This document shows, one piece after another, positions 10,735 to 19,019 of a DNA stretch of 64,000 bases. Under the pieces are notes generated by a model that ran no database searches, was not told the DNA's origin, and saw nothing but the letters and a program-made list of their open reading frames with translations. The position numbers were made by a program, and so were the translations under genes. Source of the stretch: an uncultured bacterium (GTDB lineage: Bacteria > Bacteroidota > Rhodothermia > Balneolales > DATFMH01); contig CAVQHI010000001.1 of assembly GCA_963712305.1 (NCBI GenBank), forward strand, positions 181,383 through 245,382, written 5' to 3'. Each line of letters starts with the position of its first letter. The first letter of the stretch is position 1.

Positions 10735-11916
10735 CTATGATTTAAAATGCTTACCTAATTTAAGATCCTGTCCCTGGTAGTTGCTGTTTATTTCTTCGCC
10801 GTATATAAATTCGGGCGTTTCCGTGTTTGGTTCAAATACCATCCTAAAGAACGTCTGGCCATCCTCGATCAGAAACGGGACATCGTGAGATCGAACTTCG
10901 AGTACAGCACGCGCTCCGCCTGCTGCAACAGAACCACCAAAGCCTGAATCAAAGAAACCGGCATAATGAGTGCGTAGTTCCCCGGAGCCGGTATCGTAAG
11001 GAACCATTTCTGCAGCCAATTGTGCCGGAATTCGGCAGCGTTCTTTAGAAGAAAAGATATAAAAGGCCTCTGGTTCAAGGATAACGGCATTGCCATGATC
11101 CGCATAAATAGGTTCCCAGAAATCCACGACGTTATAATAATTGACACGGTCAAGATCGATCAGGTCACGGTTTTTACGTGCTTTATAGCCAATGATTTTA
11201 TCATTCGTCGAATTCAAACTCACACTCATGAATAGTCCGTCTTGTATCTTCAGATCCTTGTTACTAAGCGGCTTGCGCTGATCATCAAATAAGACCGGAT
11301 CCACCTGGTGAACCTTCGCAATATCCTGATCTGTCAATCGTGCTGATCCGTGTCTGATCCGCAACTGGTTTAGCCGGTGCCCGGTATGAACTCTGATTGA
11401 AAAGGTCTTGGGTACGACTTCAAGATATAGCTTACCCGAATAACCAGGTGTAATTTCTTCGAAACGATGCGAATAGTCTGTTATAACCCGTGTAAAAATA
11501 TCAAGCCGCCCGGTCGAGCTTTTGGGATTCGTCCTGGCGCTGAGCGGTTCGCGAAAATTCAGGCCTTTGCTGCCGGAACTTTGTATCAGCTCCCCATAAT
11601 CAGGAAGATGCACTTCTTCGAGCAACGGAATGATATAGGTGCAATTAGGTTCAAGAACGGCCCCATTAACGATGGAAAACGAATGCTGCGTGAGCCTCCC
11701 CAGCTTCTCTTCCACACTTTCACTTTCCGGCAGAAAGCTGCAACGTACCCTGTAAGCCGTTTCTCCAAGCCGGAGATCGATTGAATTCGGCTGAAGCTGG
11801 TTATCCTCGATGGGATAATTCTCCGGTGCGGTGATCAGGGATTCATCGATCAGCGTTCGTAATGTCTGAACAGGAAGGATGCCTGGTCTTGTGAGATTCA
11901 ATGTCTTAACCGCCAT
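10735..11916 (-). CDS. 2'-deoxycytidine 5'-triphosphate deaminase (long DCD-type, tandem dUTPase-like folds)
   Basis: LQPNSIDLRLGETAYRVRCSF and a second half with ELRTHYAGFFDSGFG. About 390 aa, as in the long DCD family. Confidence 0.75.
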   Translation of the reverse strand: MAVKTLNLTRPGILPVQTLRTLIDESLITAPENYPIEDNQLQPNSIDLRLGETAYRVRCSFLPESESVEEKLGRLTQHSFSIVNGAVLEPNCTYIIPLLEEVHLPDYGELIQSSGSKGLNFREPLSARTNPKSSTGRLDIFTRVITDYSHRFEEITPGYSGKLYLEVVPKTFSIRVHTGHRLNQLRIRHGSARLTDQDIAKVHQVDPVLFDDQRKPLSNKDLKIQDGLFMSVSLNSTNDKIIGYKARKNRDLIDLDRVNYYNVVDFWEPIYADHGNAVILEPEAFYIFSSKERCRIPAQLAAEMVPYDTGSGELRTHYAGFFDSGFGGSVAAGGARAVLEVRSHDVPFLIEDGQTFFRMVFEPNTETPEFIYGEEINSNYQGQDLKLGKHFKS

Positions 11917-12076
11917 ATCTATTTAAAGTGTGGAGTGAATAAAAGTACTTGAAGTCGAGCTCAAACTTAAAAGTTAAAATCAATTAAAGGTAATATGGGT
12001 TTTTTAAATTCTGACTCTCCAAATCAGCTACCCAAACTTTAAGTACTCTTAAGTATTTTAGGCACTCTTAAGTATT

Positions 12077-12547
12077 TCAAATGACACCCGCCAGTTCGTG
12101 AATTCGGTTCCATTCCTTTTCTGTAACCGGAGTTATGGACAAACGGAACCGTTTTAACAGCACCATATTTTTGAGGATTGGATCCTGCTTAATCTGGCCA
12201 CGTGTAACGGATTTGCCGAATTTTTTGTCAAATGTGACATCAACCAGTATCCATCTCGGATCATCTTCCGGACTCGTCGGATCAAAATAGTCGCTGTCCG
12301 GGTTGAACTGGGATTTGTCCGGATGCGGATCAGATGAGACCACCATTGTTCCCACGATTTCAGGTGGTTTTACATTCGAATGATAAAAAAGCACGCCATC
12401 CCCTTTTTTCATCTCATCACGCATGATATTCCGGGCTTCATAATTTCTCACACCATCCCACGATGTTGTCTGATTATCCGCATTCTTCAAATCATCAATG
12501 CTGAAGGCGTACGGCTCGGATTTCATCAGCCAATAATTTCGCTTCAT
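12077..12547 (-). CDS. EVE (PUA-like) domain protein
   Basis: NYWLMKSEPYAFSIDDL...SWDGVRNYEARNIMRDEMKKGDGVLFYHSN, the canonical EVE domain opening. 156 aa, stand-alone. Confidence 0.85.
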   Translation of the reverse strand: MKRNYWLMKSEPYAFSIDDLKNADNQTTSWDGVRNYEARNIMRDEMKKGDGVLFYHSNVKPPEIVGTMVVSSDPHPDKSQFNPDSDYFDPTSPEDDPRWILVDVTFDKKFGKSVTRGQIKQDPILKNMVLLKRFRLSITPVTEKEWNRIHELAGVI

Positions 12548-12766
12548 GTTACCTGTCTTTTATCAATGAATTCTGAACTGTGGGAAAGTAAGGAATTATG
12601 CAGGTTTTTCCGTGGATTGAAATCGATATCTTCACGAAAACGATGACACATCCATTTCCAAATTATCACGTCATTCTCTTGGGGATTTCCCTGGAAAATA
12701 ACGACGATAGAGAGAATGGATCGTTTTACCCGGGGCTACATTTTTTTCGAGAACATCTCTTGTACG

Positions 12767-13609
12767 TTATATTTCCAAATCTTCAACCGGACTTTTCACA
12801 TCTTTTAAAGTCCGGGAACTTACATGGGTATATATCTGCGTGGTAGAAATATGCTTATGCCCGAGCAACTCCTGGATAAACCGGGTATCGGTGCCATTAT
12901 CGAGTAAATGAGTGGCAAAGCTGTGTCGTAATGAATGCGGTGTTACTTTCTTTTTGATACCACACATTTTTCTGTGTTTTCTCATTAGAGCCTGAATGGA
13001 TGCGGCAGAATATTTACCACCGGATTGGCCTTCGAAAAGATATTCTTCAGGCCGATACTCCTTTACATATTCCCTCAGGAGAGACAAAACCTTATCCGAT
13101 AATATGGAGTAACGGTCTTTTTGTCCTTTTCCCTGATCGATACGTATTTGCATTCGGTCTGAATCAATATCTTTGATTTTAAGGTTCAAAATCTCTCCCA
13201 CTCGTAAACCGGCTGAATAGCATACGGTGAAAATAGCTTTGTGTTTGATATTGGTGAATGAATTTAGAAACCGCTGCACCTCTTCAACCGACAGGACAAT
13301 TGGAATACGACTGGGTTTTTTCATTTTGATGTTGAAATCAAAATCCACAGACTCGTTCAACACCTCTGTATATAGGAATTTAACCGAGGCCAATAACTGC
13401 TTCATCATGGAATAGCCGTAACCCAACTCTTTCCTGGCATAGTGAAAAAAATCCTCCAGAACCCGGGGAGTTACTTCATTGCATTGACGAACATTTACAT
13501 AATCCAGAAAAATAGTCAATCCATTGAGATAGGCACGCAATGTACGGTCGCTATAATTTTTCAGCGTAAGCTTATGTTCGTACTTTGATATTAATTCCGA
13601 TTTCCTCAT
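12767..13609 (-). CDS. Tyrosine site-specific recombinase, Xer/IntI-related but short (280 aa), without the IntI-specific insertion
   Basis: Catalytic signature AGLRVGEI...GKGQKDR...HSLRHSFATHLLDNGTDTRFIQELLGHKHISTTQIYTHV, with a C-terminal VKSPVEDL tail resembling the IntI V.SPLD end. Only ~60 aa separate GKGQKDR from HSLRH. Confidence 0.9.
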   Translation of the reverse strand: MRKSELISKYEHKLTLKNYSDRTLRAYLNGLTIFLDYVNVRQCNEVTPRVLEDFFHYARKELGYGYSMMKQLLASVKFLYTEVLNESVDFDFNIKMKKPSRIPIVLSVEEVQRFLNSFTNIKHKAIFTVCYSAGLRVGEILNLKIKDIDSDRMQIRIDQGKGQKDRYSILSDKVLSLLREYVKEYRPEEYLFEGQSGGKYSAASIQALMRKHRKMCGIKKKVTPHSLRHSFATHLLDNGTDTRFIQELLGHKHISTTQIYTHVSSRTLKDVKSPVEDLEI

Positions 13610-13630
13610 TTTATTTTCGTTATTGTAATA

Positions 13631-13701
13631 ATAACATGAACAAAACTTACGTACGAAGCAAGGATAACATGAATTGAGTTCGTGTTATGCTATTGTTGGG
13701 C
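13631..13701 (+). other. attI-like recombinase-proximal site (direct repeats, a 10-5-10 inverted pair, GTTATGC and GTTGGGC boxes)
   Basis: ATAACATGAA at 13631-13640 and 13664-13673. TTCGTGTTAT at 13679-13688 is its inverted partner. GTTGGGC at 13695-13701 is the exact complement of the R'' box at 15815. Confidence 0.45.
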
Positions 13702-13745
13702 GTCATTAAAGAGAACCCGAATAAACAATGAACAGAATTGAATAA

Positions 13746-15440
13746 ATGAAAGCAAACGAAACAAAAGTAGAAGACTTTTTATCTTCAAATAAGACACAAT
13801 TTGTAATTCCAGTTTACCAAAGAAATTATGATTGGTCGACAAGTCAATGCAAACAACTTTTAGACGATATTTTGGAAGTTGGAACAAGTAACAAAATGAA
13901 TGCTCACTTTATTGGTAGTGTTGTTTACGTTCACGATGATGTTTATACATCTTCACGAATCAAAGAACTGACTGTAATTGATGGACAGCAAAGATTGACC
14001 ACGCTGACTTTAATTTATTTGGCTCTTTATCGTTTGGCAATTGAAATTGGAGACAAAGGACTTGAAGCAGAAATTTCTGAAACCTATCTGACAAACAAGT
14101 TTGCACCCGAAGAAGAAAAACTAAAACTACGACCAACTGAAAATAACGACAAAGCCATAAAATACCTTTTGAGAAGTGATAAGGACGAAGAATTTAGCGA
14201 CTTCTCAAAAGTGATAGACAATTTCAATTATTTCAACAGTCGAATAAGTGAAGAAAATTTAGAGTTCGTTCTCAAAGGACTCGCAAAACTAATGTTTGTT
14301 GAAATCTCGCTTGACAGAGAAAAAGACGACCCACAAAGAATTTTTGAGAGTTTAAACTCCACAGGTCTTGAATTATCACAAGCGGACTTAATTAGAAATT
14401 ACATTTTAATGGGTCTTAATCGCAGAGACCAAAATAAAATTTATAACAACTATTGGGAAATCATAGAGAAACTTGCAAAAGATGAAACCCTTAATACAAG
14501 CAAAGTATCGGATTTTATTAGAGATTATTTGACTTTGGTAAATAATAAAATACCGAATAAAAGCAAGGTCTATTTAGAGTTTAAGGCGAAATTTCCAACA
14601 ACTGATTTACAAGAATTAGAAACTAATCTCTCGCCAATAAAATCACTTGTTAAGTTTTACAATAAACTGCTCAACCCCAAAAATGAATTTGACAAAGACA
14701 TAAGATTACAACTTGAATATATAAACCGACTTGAAGTAAATGTAGCTTATCCGTTTTTGATGAAAGTCTATGAAGATTATTCAGAAAACATAATTGACAA
14801 AGCAACATTTATCAAAGTATTGGATTTTATTCAATCTTTTGCTTGGAGACGATTTATAGTTGGCTTACCCACAAACGCTCTCAACAAAATATTTATGACA
14901 CTTTATGAAAAAGTGGATAAAGACGATTATTTGTTGTCATTACAAAAATGGTTGCTTAAAAGACCAGGTTCGCAACGTTTCCCGAAAAACAAGGAAGTTA
15001 TTGAAAGTCTTAAACTAAAAGATGTCTACAACATAAAGTCCAAAAACAGAACTTATCTACTTGAGCGACTTGAAAATTTTGATAATAACGAGCCTGTAAT
15101 AATAGAAGGGAACACAGACATAACAATTGAACACATTTTCCCCCAAAATCCTGACCCAAAATGGAAAGTTGATTTAGGAGCAGATGAATACAATTTGATT
15201 AAAGAAACCTATCTAAACACAATCGGTAATTTGACATTATCAGGCAATAACGGAAAGCTTGGTAATAAACCATTTGCGTTTAAAAGAGATTTAGAGAATG
15301 CAGGATATAAAGACAGTCGTTTATGGCTCAATAAATATTTATCAATTTCCGAAAAGTGGGATAAAGCAGAAATTGAAAGACGTTTTGACCTTCTTGCTGA
15401 ACGATTTTTGAAAATTGGCAAATGCCACAAATCGAATTAG
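13746..15440 (+). CDS. GmrSD-family type IV restriction endonuclease (N-terminal DUF262 ParB-like NTPase, C-terminal DUF1524 HNH-like nuclease)
   Basis: DUF262 motifs FVIPVYQRNYDW and IDGQQRLTTLTL. DUF1524 region has TIEHIFPQNP...GNLTLSGNNGKLGNKPF. Confidence 0.85.
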   Translation: MKANETKVEDFLSSNKTQFVIPVYQRNYDWSTSQCKQLLDDILEVGTSNKMNAHFIGSVVYVHDDVYTSSRIKELTVIDGQQRLTTLTLIYLALYRLAIEIGDKGLEAEISETYLTNKFAPEEEKLKLRPTENNDKAIKYLLRSDKDEEFSDFSKVIDNFNYFNSRISEENLEFVLKGLAKLMFVEISLDREKDDPQRIFESLNSTGLELSQADLIRNYILMGLNRRDQNKIYNNYWEIIEKLAKDETLNTSKVSDFIRDYLTLVNNKIPNKSKVYLEFKAKFPTTDLQELETNLSPIKSLVKFYNKLLNPKNEFDKDIRLQLEYINRLEVNVAYPFLMKVYEDYSENIIDKATFIKVLDFIQSFAWRRFIVGLPTNALNKIFMTLYEKVDKDDYLLSLQKWLLKRPGSQRFPKNKEVIESLKLKDVYNIKSKNRTYLLERLENFDNNEPVIIEGNTDITIEHIFPQNPDPKWKVDLGADEYNLIKETYLNTIGNLTLSGNNGKLGNKPFAFKRDLENAGYKDSRLWLNKYLSISEKWDKAEIERRFDLLAERFLKIGKCHKSN

Positions 15441-15832
15441 AAGAAAGAGATGAAAACAATGAAGTGAACATATTTGAAGCAGAAGACCCGAAATTTAAGA
15501 AATTGGAGTATGCGATTTTCTTCGACCAAAAAATTGAAGTTAATCAAGTTGCAAAATTATATGTAGAAGTTTTTAAGCAACTTTTTGAGTTGCAACCAGA
15601 AACATTTTTCACGACTGACTTGGCAGAAAAGATAATCTTAACAAAGAATCCAAAAGAAGGAAATCCGAGACAAGCAGTTCCAATAAACGACACATATTTC
15701 ATTGAAGGGAATATTGACAACATTGGAAAATTTGAGAAGATAAAACACGCATTGACAATTTTTGATTCAGAAGACGAATTGACAATAAAGTATGCCGGAA
15801 AAAGAATAACGAACGCCCAACAATGTGTATAG
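15422..15832 (+). CDS. Hypothetical 136-aa protein; either a separate gene overlapping the GmrSD gene by 19 nt or its frameshifted C-terminal extension
   Basis: ATG sits in GGCAAATGCC inside the last codons of the upstream ORF. No family recognised. The 3' end overlaps the attC-like R'' box. Confidence 0.5.
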   Translation: MPQIELEERDENNEVNIFEAEDPKFKKLEYAIFFDQKIEVNQVAKLYVEVFKQLFELQPETFFTTDLAEKIILTKNPKEGNPRQAVPINDTYFIEGNIDNIGKFEKIKHALTIFDSEDELTIKYAGKRITNAQQCV

Positions 15833-15946
15833 TGCATGCGGGTTTCATCGATTATCGAGAGTTTGTGGCTCGTAAAAAAGGTGCGGTGTAAGCTGATAGG
15901 AAATCGATTCGTAATCCCGCACTACACCATACACTAACCGTTGGGC
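15815..15946 (+). repeat. attC-like recombination site 1 (132 nt imperfect hairpin)
   Basis: GCCCAAC-AAT-GTGTAT-AGTGCATGCGGG ... CCCGCACTACACC-ATACAC-TAACC-GTTGGGC. This gives a perfect 7-bp R box, an unpaired spacer, a paired L-like box and bulged bases. The central part also pairs (ATCGATT... / ...AATCGAT). Confidence 0.7.
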
Positions 15947-15949
15947 GGC

Positions 15950-16270
15950 ATGCAAAACATCCTGCATATGGATACAGATGATTTATCAATAGAAGCTTAC
16001 GATGGAATTTTAATAGAGGCTGAGAAATTAACTCATGATTTGACTTTGCATTTTGGCCTATTATCTGGCGATTGTAGAAATGAGACTGAATACATTGATA
16101 AAGCAGAGAAACTTACCAGAGAAATAATGCAAGTGGATGATTGGGAGTTAGATGATCTGTTTTGGGGGAATCCACCGGACAAAGAAAATTTGAATTCAAC
16201 ACTTCAAAAAATTATCAGTAATATTGAGAAGATTAAGAAAATTCCGATAGAGAAACGACATTATGACTAA
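15950..16270 (+). CDS. Hypothetical acidic protein (~106 aa), first gene of a two-gene cassette
   Basis: The ORF track starts at TTG 15941, inside the attC-like R' box; ATG 15950 is the more plausible start. No family recognised. The stop overlaps the next start (ATGACTAA). Confidence 0.5.
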   Translation: MQNILHMDTDDLSIEAYDGILIEAEKLTHDLTLHFGLLSGDCRNETEYIDKAEKLTREIMQVDDWELDDLFWGNPPDKENLNSTLQKIISNIEKIKKIPIEKRHYD

Positions 16271-16766
16271 AAAAGAGATTAAGCAAAAAGAGGAGAAACT
16301 TCTTGAAATGACAGGAGCCTTTTGTGCTCAAAAATTAGATGATGATTATTTTCAGTTATGTGAAAAGTTAATTAAAAAGCTCGGGAGAAAAAGGGAAGTT
16401 CCTTTTCAGAGAGGTAAGATGGAGATTTGGGCAGCTGCTGTGGTTTATGCTATAGGGTCGATTAATTTTCTATTTGATAAGTCGTTTGAGCCATATATGA
16501 CAGCGGAACAGATTAGTGAATATTTCGGAACAAAAAACTCAACGGTATCGAATAAAGCCAGACAGATTAAAGATATGTTTGACATGTGGCATTTCAGCCC
16601 TGAATTTTCGACACAGAAAATGACAGAAGATAATCCGTTTAATAATATGGTAATGGTTGACGGATTTATTGTACCTCTGGATACTTTGCCAGCAGATTTA
16701 CAAGAGATGGTTAAGGATGCCAGGTCACGTGGAGAAGATATTGAATTTCAAACAGAACAGAGATAA
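16263..16766 (+). CDS. Hypothetical 167-aa protein with a helix-turn-helix-like segment
   Basis: MTAEQISEYFGTKNSTVSNKARQIKDMF resembles an HTH. Translationally coupled to the upstream ORF (8-nt overlap). Confidence 0.55.
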   Translation: MTKKEIKQKEEKLLEMTGAFCAQKLDDDYFQLCEKLIKKLGRKREVPFQRGKMEIWAAAVVYAIGSINFLFDKSFEPYMTAEQISEYFGTKNSTVSNKARQIKDMFDMWHFSPEFSTQKMTEDNPFNNMVMVDGFIVPLDTLPADLQEMVKDARSRGEDIEFQTEQR

Positions 16767-16773
16767 TGCCAGC

Positions 16774-16882
16774 TGCCGACACGCGGTACAGTTAATAAGG
16801 GTTTCAGTGGTTTGCGAAGCAAAGCAATCCGCTTCAACTTTTCTTGTACCTTAACAGGTAAAAAGCCCGCCATCCGTTGTGC
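16774..16882 (+). repeat. attC-like site 2 (109 nt, degenerate R'' box)
   Basis: Begins 8 nt after the stop codon. The arm ACGCGG-TACAGTTAATAAGG pairs imperfectly with CCTTAACAGGTA...CCCGCCAT. It ends in GTTGTGC at 16876-16882. R'' reads TGCCGAC, a poor match to RYYYAAC. Confidence 0.4.
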
Positions 16883-16914
16883 CTAATAAAATGAACTATT
16901 AAATATTTCCATAT

Positions 16915-17496
16915 ATGAGAAAAGTATTGTTTCTGTTTACAGCAATTTTGATTTTCAATAGTTGTAGCACTTCATCAACAACTAACAAACCAACTTTAAA
17001 TGATTATAAAATTGGAGAAAAGTGGGTTTGGAATTGGAAACGTACAGTCGATGGAGAGGTTCGTGCGGAAGGAGAAGATATACAGGAGGTGGTAGACTAT
17101 AATGGAGTTTTAGGGCTTTGGAATGGTGTTGATACCGTCCAGATTTCGACTATTTTAGACCAAAAGCAAACCAGCACACCCTTTCGTGATTGGCCCTTGT
17201 ATGTAGGGAAAAAATGGAAATATGAATCAGAATGGGAAAATAATGAAGGTACGAAAGGGAAAACCAGTCAGGACGTTGAAATCGTTTCATTTGAAGAACT
17301 AAATGTTGTAGCCGGGAAATTTCTGGCTTACAAAATAGAATACAAGGGAATTGTAACAAATTCCAGAGGTTATAAAGGAGAGATGTCTGATACGTGGTGG
17401 TATTCCCCTGAATTAAAAACATATATCAAGCATGTAAATAATGATGGCTATGGTCTTTATACAAATGAACTAACTCATTATTCGAAAGCGCGGTAG
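16915..17496 (+). CDS. Hypothetical lipoprotein (193 aa), single-gene cassette
   Basis: Signal plus lipobox-like LIFNSCSTSS. No family recognised. Confidence 0.6.
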   Translation: MRKVLFLFTAILIFNSCSTSSTTNKPTLNDYKIGEKWVWNWKRTVDGEVRAEGEDIQEVVDYNGVLGLWNGVDTVQISTILDQKQTSTPFRDWPLYVGKKWKYESEWENNEGTKGKTSQDVEIVSFEELNVVAGKFLAYKIEYKGIVTNSRGYKGEMSDTWWYSPELKTYIKHVNNDGYGLYTNELTHYSKAR

Positions 17497-17505
17497 AAAA
17501 CCTAT

Positions 17506-17635
17506 GCACAACTATATAGAAAAATAATAGCCATGGTAGAGATAAGTTCATGGGTTTGAGCCCGCTTTAACTTTCTCGTAACTATATAGAAAATTGCCAC
17601 ATAGCCGGCTACTATTCTTATACTCAACGTTGCGC
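17506..17635 (+). repeat. attC-like recombination site 3 (130 nt imperfect hairpin)
   Basis: GCACAAC-TATATAGAAAAATAATAGCC ... GGCTACTATTCTTATACTCAAC-GTTGCGC. R boxes are complementary at 6/7 positions, and the arms pair with bulges. Starts 10 nt after the stop codon. Confidence 0.65.
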
Positions 17636-17983
17636 AACTGCATCCAATTAGCTTTTTGCTTGCTGATATTTCCTCTTTGGTAATTTCACTTTTAAGTCTG
17701 GGTTTGTCATTTGCGTAATCATACAACCAGGATACTTCCATAGAGTCGTACATTTTACAAATTCTCATTTATCCTGCCACATTATTAATTTTTCGTCTTC
17801 AATTCCGTAGGTTTACATACCTCCAATAATTATAACCGCTATTATAATAAGTGGTTATACCCAACTTTTTTTGTTTCAAGACGATTACGCATAAATTTTA
17901 TTTTTGTAACATAGTTTAAAATCAAAAATTAAGTGTGACATTTACTCAGATAGAAAGTGCTAATTTGAACTAAATAGGTACAA

Positions 17984-18430
17984 ATGAAAACAAACGAAGA
18001 AATTTTTATAATATTAATAGAAGAAGGCTTCAGTAAAGGTGATGTTTCTGTTTTTGACACCTATTCTTCGCCCGCGTTTGTTGAACATCAATATGGATTC
18101 TTCCCTCCCAATGTAGAAGGCGTTAAAAAGGCAATTAATAATCTACACTACGCTTTTCCAGATTTTTCGCTGACCATAGACGACATGATAACGGGCGGCT
18201 CCAAAGTTTGGGGAAGGATGACAGGACGAGGGACTCACAAAAACAAATTTGGACCGATGTTTCCAACCGGTAAAAAATTTGAAATTGCCGTAATCGATAT
18301 TATGCGATTTGAAACCGGGAAACTAATTGAACACTGGGGTGTCCCAGATAAATTGGCTCTCATGGAACAACTTGGGATGAAAGCTCCGCCAAAACTTATT
18401 ATGAAAATTATGAGCTTGCTTAACAGGTGA
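17984..18430 (+). CDS. SnoaL-like ester cyclase family protein
   Basis: FVEHQ...NLHYAFPDFSLTIDDMITGGSKVWGRMTGRGTH...FEIAVIDIMRFETGKLIEHWGVPD is typical of predicted ester cyclases (NTF2-like fold). Confidence 0.7.
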   Translation: MKTNEEIFIILIEEGFSKGDVSVFDTYSSPAFVEHQYGFFPPNVEGVKKAINNLHYAFPDFSLTIDDMITGGSKVWGRMTGRGTHKNKFGPMFPTGKKFEIAVIDIMRFETGKLIEHWGVPDKLALMEQLGMKAPPKLIMKIMSLLNR

Positions 18431-18511
18431 GAATAAAAAGAAGAATTTTTTTTTACAACGCTTATCATAATATCTACACCTGTATTTGCCAAACTTAAAT
18501 CAAAACATACA

Positions 18512-18994
18512 ATGAGAACGAAAAATGGGTTTAAAGTATATGCAGGTGAAGCCAGGTTTGGAAAGCACTACAAGATGAAAGGTGTTACCCACAACATACT
18601 GGACATCAAAATATCCGGAAATGATACTGAAAAAGATTTAGCTGTATTTGAGCAAACCGGACTCAGTCCTAACGGTGGTCCACCTTTGCATATGCATCCA
18701 TTTCAGGATGAATGGTTCTATGTTATAGATGGTGAGTACTTGTTTCAGGTTGGTGAGGAGAAATTTCAAATGAAATCAGGTGACACGGTTTTTCTTCCGA
18801 GGAATGTTCAGCACGCTTTTATTCAATTGACAGAAAAGGGAAAGATGATAGTTTCTTATTTACCAGCAGGAAAGATGGAAGCATTTTTTCAAGTGACTGA
18901 TCAATGGACTTCACCTCCATCGAAAGAAGAAATTGAAAAAGTTTTCGATGACCACGATATGAGAGTTGTTGGGGCACCATTGAAAACAGACTAA
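18512..18994 (+). CDS. Cupin domain protein
   Basis: GGPPLHMHPFQDEWFYVIDGEYLFQVGEEKFQMKSGDTVFLPRNVQHAF (cupin motifs 1 and 2). Confidence 0.75.
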   Translation: MRTKNGFKVYAGEARFGKHYKMKGVTHNILDIKISGNDTEKDLAVFEQTGLSPNGGPPLHMHPFQDEWFYVIDGEYLFQVGEEKFQMKSGDTVFLPRNVQHAFIQLTEKGKMIVSYLPAGKMEAFFQVTDQWTSPPSKEEIEKVFDDHDMRVVGAPLKTD

Positions 18995-19019
18995 GAAATA
19001 ATATTTTTAAAATACGAAT

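Noticed and set aside
10735-12547. dCTP deaminase plus EVE-domain genes as part of the defence island (nucleotide depletion or modified-base sensing)
   Set aside because: Both lie outside the recombinase and cassette boundary, in sequence with flank-like composition. The deaminase has the housekeeping long-DCD layout with no extra kinase-like domain. The EVE protein is a stand-alone version with no nuclease fusion.
12548-12766. A tRNA or tmRNA gene as the integration target at the left island border
   Set aside because: I could not find a cloverleaf-compatible sequence or a GTTCGAATC-type T-arm motif here or anywhere else in the window.
17502-17768. 88-aa minus-strand ORF
   Set aside because: Its 3' half is made of the attC-like hairpin 3, it is opposite in orientation to every cassette ORF, and I recognise no family. 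It is probably spurious, although a small membrane protein cannot be excluded.
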